From a virus (taxonomy: Duplodnaviria > Caudoviricetes): a stretch of DNA of 63,461 nucleotides. The position numbers were made by a program, and so were the translations under genes. Each line of letters begins with the position of its first letter. The stretch's first letter is position 1. Positions 61,801 through 63,461 of this stretch are shown piece after piece. Under the pieces are notes generated by a model that had not been told where the DNA came from, did no database searches, and was given only the letters and a program-made list of their open reading frames with translations. Where the stretch lies: the IMG/VR virus record IMGVR_UViG_3300034092_001286, positions 1 through 63,461 of that record. The stretch is one strand, 5' to 3'.

Positions 61801-63348
61801 TTACATACCCGAGCCGGGCGCGTGCGGTTGATACGATGGAACAACAGGTAGCCGATCCTCAACCACAGGGGCCGGCGGTACAGCAAAAGTGAGAGCGAGC
61901 GAGTCGAATCGGTCAGGGCTCTTGATGCCGCGCCGCTTCGCATCGTCCTTGGATTCCAGCAGCAGTTCGCCAGCCCGATAGCCGTACTGCAGCGCCGTCA
62001 GGTCGGTCATCAGGTCAGGGTCGTTCGGTATCGACGCACCGACCAGCCACTCACGGACACTGGTCGCCATCTTGGCGCGCAGGTTGTAGTTCTGGCCGTC
62101 GTCCATGCGGATTGCCGAATTGACATCGATCACAGTCTTTGTGATGCGGCCGGTACGATGGTCAGTCTTGTCGGGCCACCATGCTCGCATCATATCCGCC
62201 ACACCGGCACCGATGCCGATCGTATCGACGGCGATCTGTTCCAATCGGATGTTATAGGCAGCGATCTCGTTGCGCGCTCTAGCCGCCGTCTGCACCAGAT
62301 CATGCTTGGCCCACACGACCTGCTTGAGCAGTACGCGACCACGACGCAACGTCAGCACCGTTTTGTCATCACCGAAGCGCGCCACATCCAGACCGGCCAT
62401 CAGACCGCCCGTTGCCTGCACGTCCATCGGACCGCGCGACATGGCATTGCGCACCAGATCGCCGCTGATAAAACTGTTCGCGATCGAGCCCTCATAGTTG
62501 CGGTCAATCTCCTGCGCCACGATCACCGGATCGAGCTTCGAGCACTGGTCGCGATACCACGCTTCGTCCTTGCGCGGATCGTCATGCCAATCGAATATAA
62601 AAACGTCAATCTTACCGCCATGCCGCTTGCGATAGAACGCATTGCCCGGTCCGTTCGGCGTGCTCACGTCGATCTTGCAGTTGCTGGTCTGAGAGAGCGC
62701 AGCATCGATCGATTCTGCGTGTTCATAGAACGCGGACTCGTCCTTGAAGTAGATAGAGGTTCGATTGCCTCGTCCGATGTTGTCGCCAGCCTCGCCGACG
62801 ATTGCCGCGCCGTTCTCAGGGTTCAGGATGCGCATGTGTGGCGCGTGCTGCTTCTCGTCGTAGCCGCGCGGCCGTAGCTCCTGCGGCAGCAGGCCGATGA
62901 ACTGACGCACTTTCCAGAACAGTGACTTCGGGTCGCCGAGCTTGTCGACGTACTCTTCCTTGCGTGAGCCGAAGCCGACGACCGTGCCCTGATGGAAGCG
63001 CCACATCCAGACAGCGAACGCACAGCAGAGCCACGACACGCCCATATCGCGGGACTTCTCAGCCAATCCATCAGCCCGGCCACGCCACTTGGCGTATAGC
63101 CAGTTGATAAATTCAACCTGCTTTGGGAACAGTACGAAGGGCACCATCGTCGGCTTGCCGATCTCGGCCATACGCGGATCGAACGTCATCCCCCAATCTG
63201 AGATAAACGCGACAGGATTGTCCTTGTAGAACTCAAGCACTGACGGCACAAGCTCAGGCTTCGCTCTGAGGTTCTCGACGGCAGCGATCCGTGACCTAAA
63301 TACAATGTCATAATCGGGATCGCGCCAGTTGAGATCAGGTGCGCCCAT
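61801..63348 (-). CDS. terL: terminase large subunit
   Basis: Walker A KSRDMGVSW, Walker B YFKDESA, STPNG, RNase-H-like GLDVARFGDD, D.IG.GAG, SPD..D. Confidence 0.93.
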   Translation of the reverse strand: MGAPDLNWRDPDYDIVFRSRIAAVENLRAKPELVPSVLEFYKDNPVAFISDWGMTFDPRMAEIGKPTMVPFVLFPKQVEFINWLYAKWRGRADGLAEKSRDMGVSWLCCAFAVWMWRFHQGTVVGFGSRKEEYVDKLGDPKSLFWKVRQFIGLLPQELRPRGYDEKQHAPHMRILNPENGAAIVGEAGDNIGRGNRTSIYFKDESAFYEHAESIDAALSQTSNCKIDVSTPNGPGNAFYRKRHGGKIDVFIFDWHDDPRKDEAWYRDQCSKLDPVIVAQEIDRNYEGSIANSFISGDLVRNAMSRGPMDVQATGGLMAGLDVARFGDDKTVLTLRRGRVLLKQVVWAKHDLVQTAARARNEIAAYNIRLEQIAVDTIGIGAGVADMMRAWWPDKTDHRTGRITKTVIDVNSAIRMDDGQNYNLRAKMATSVREWLVGASIPNDPDLMTDLTALQYGYRAGELLLESKDDAKRRGIKSPDRFDSLALTFAVPPAPVVEDRLPVVPSYQPHAPGSGM

Positions 63349-63461
63349 TTCCACCGATCCCGATCATCTGTTTGTAGGCATCTTCAGGAGCGAGCGTCAC
63401 GTCAGCTTTGCTCTGGATAGGCGGCAGGTCATCAGCGCCACCAAGGGCGAGCTTGTCGCCG
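63335..63461. repeat. 127-bp direct terminal repeat, copy 2
   Basis: Identical to 1-127. Confidence 0.95.

Noticed and set aside
63335-63461. Terminal repeat as a biological genome end
   Set aside because: Exactly 127 bp and inside terS/terL coding sequence; best explained as assembler overlap of a circular contig
1-63461. Integrase/lysogeny module and tRNA genes
   Set aside because: No tyrosine or serine recombinase motifs and no cloverleaf recognised by eye; a tRNA scan would be needed to be sure

Overview
The window is an apparently complete, circularly closed tailed dsDNA phage genome of about 63.3 kb. Bases 1-127 are repeated exactly at 63335-63461, most likely an assembly overlap. It looks podovirus-like: N4-gp56-type major capsid, portal, adaptor/nozzle and ejection proteins, and no tape measure or sheath. 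The host is probably a Betaproteobacterium (inference). Layout: an early region behind a consensus sigma70 promoter with a boxA-like site (769-4974); a replication module (primase-helicase, putative ori, SF2 helicase, Cas4-like exonuclease, SSB, family-B-like DNA polymerase; 5217-20149); small accessory genes (20146-25199); and a long minus-strand morphogenesis/lysis operon. No integrase, tRNA or CRISPR array was seen. Most notable: (1) the DNA polymerase is split into two ORFs by a free-standing homing endonuclease, with new helical tails on both halves and no intron or intein; (2) a 4379-aa polyvalent protein whose putative effector modules are delimited by a recurring R/x-x-S-E/x-x-R linker; (3) integron attC-like cassette(s) interrupting a phage gene between 20-bp direct repeats; (4) a three-copy covarying hairpin with an invariant GTGACAG loop, plus other structured leaders; (5) a stand-alone tandem winged-helix protein facing the primase across the putative origin. 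All family assignments are from motif recognition by eye, not database searches.
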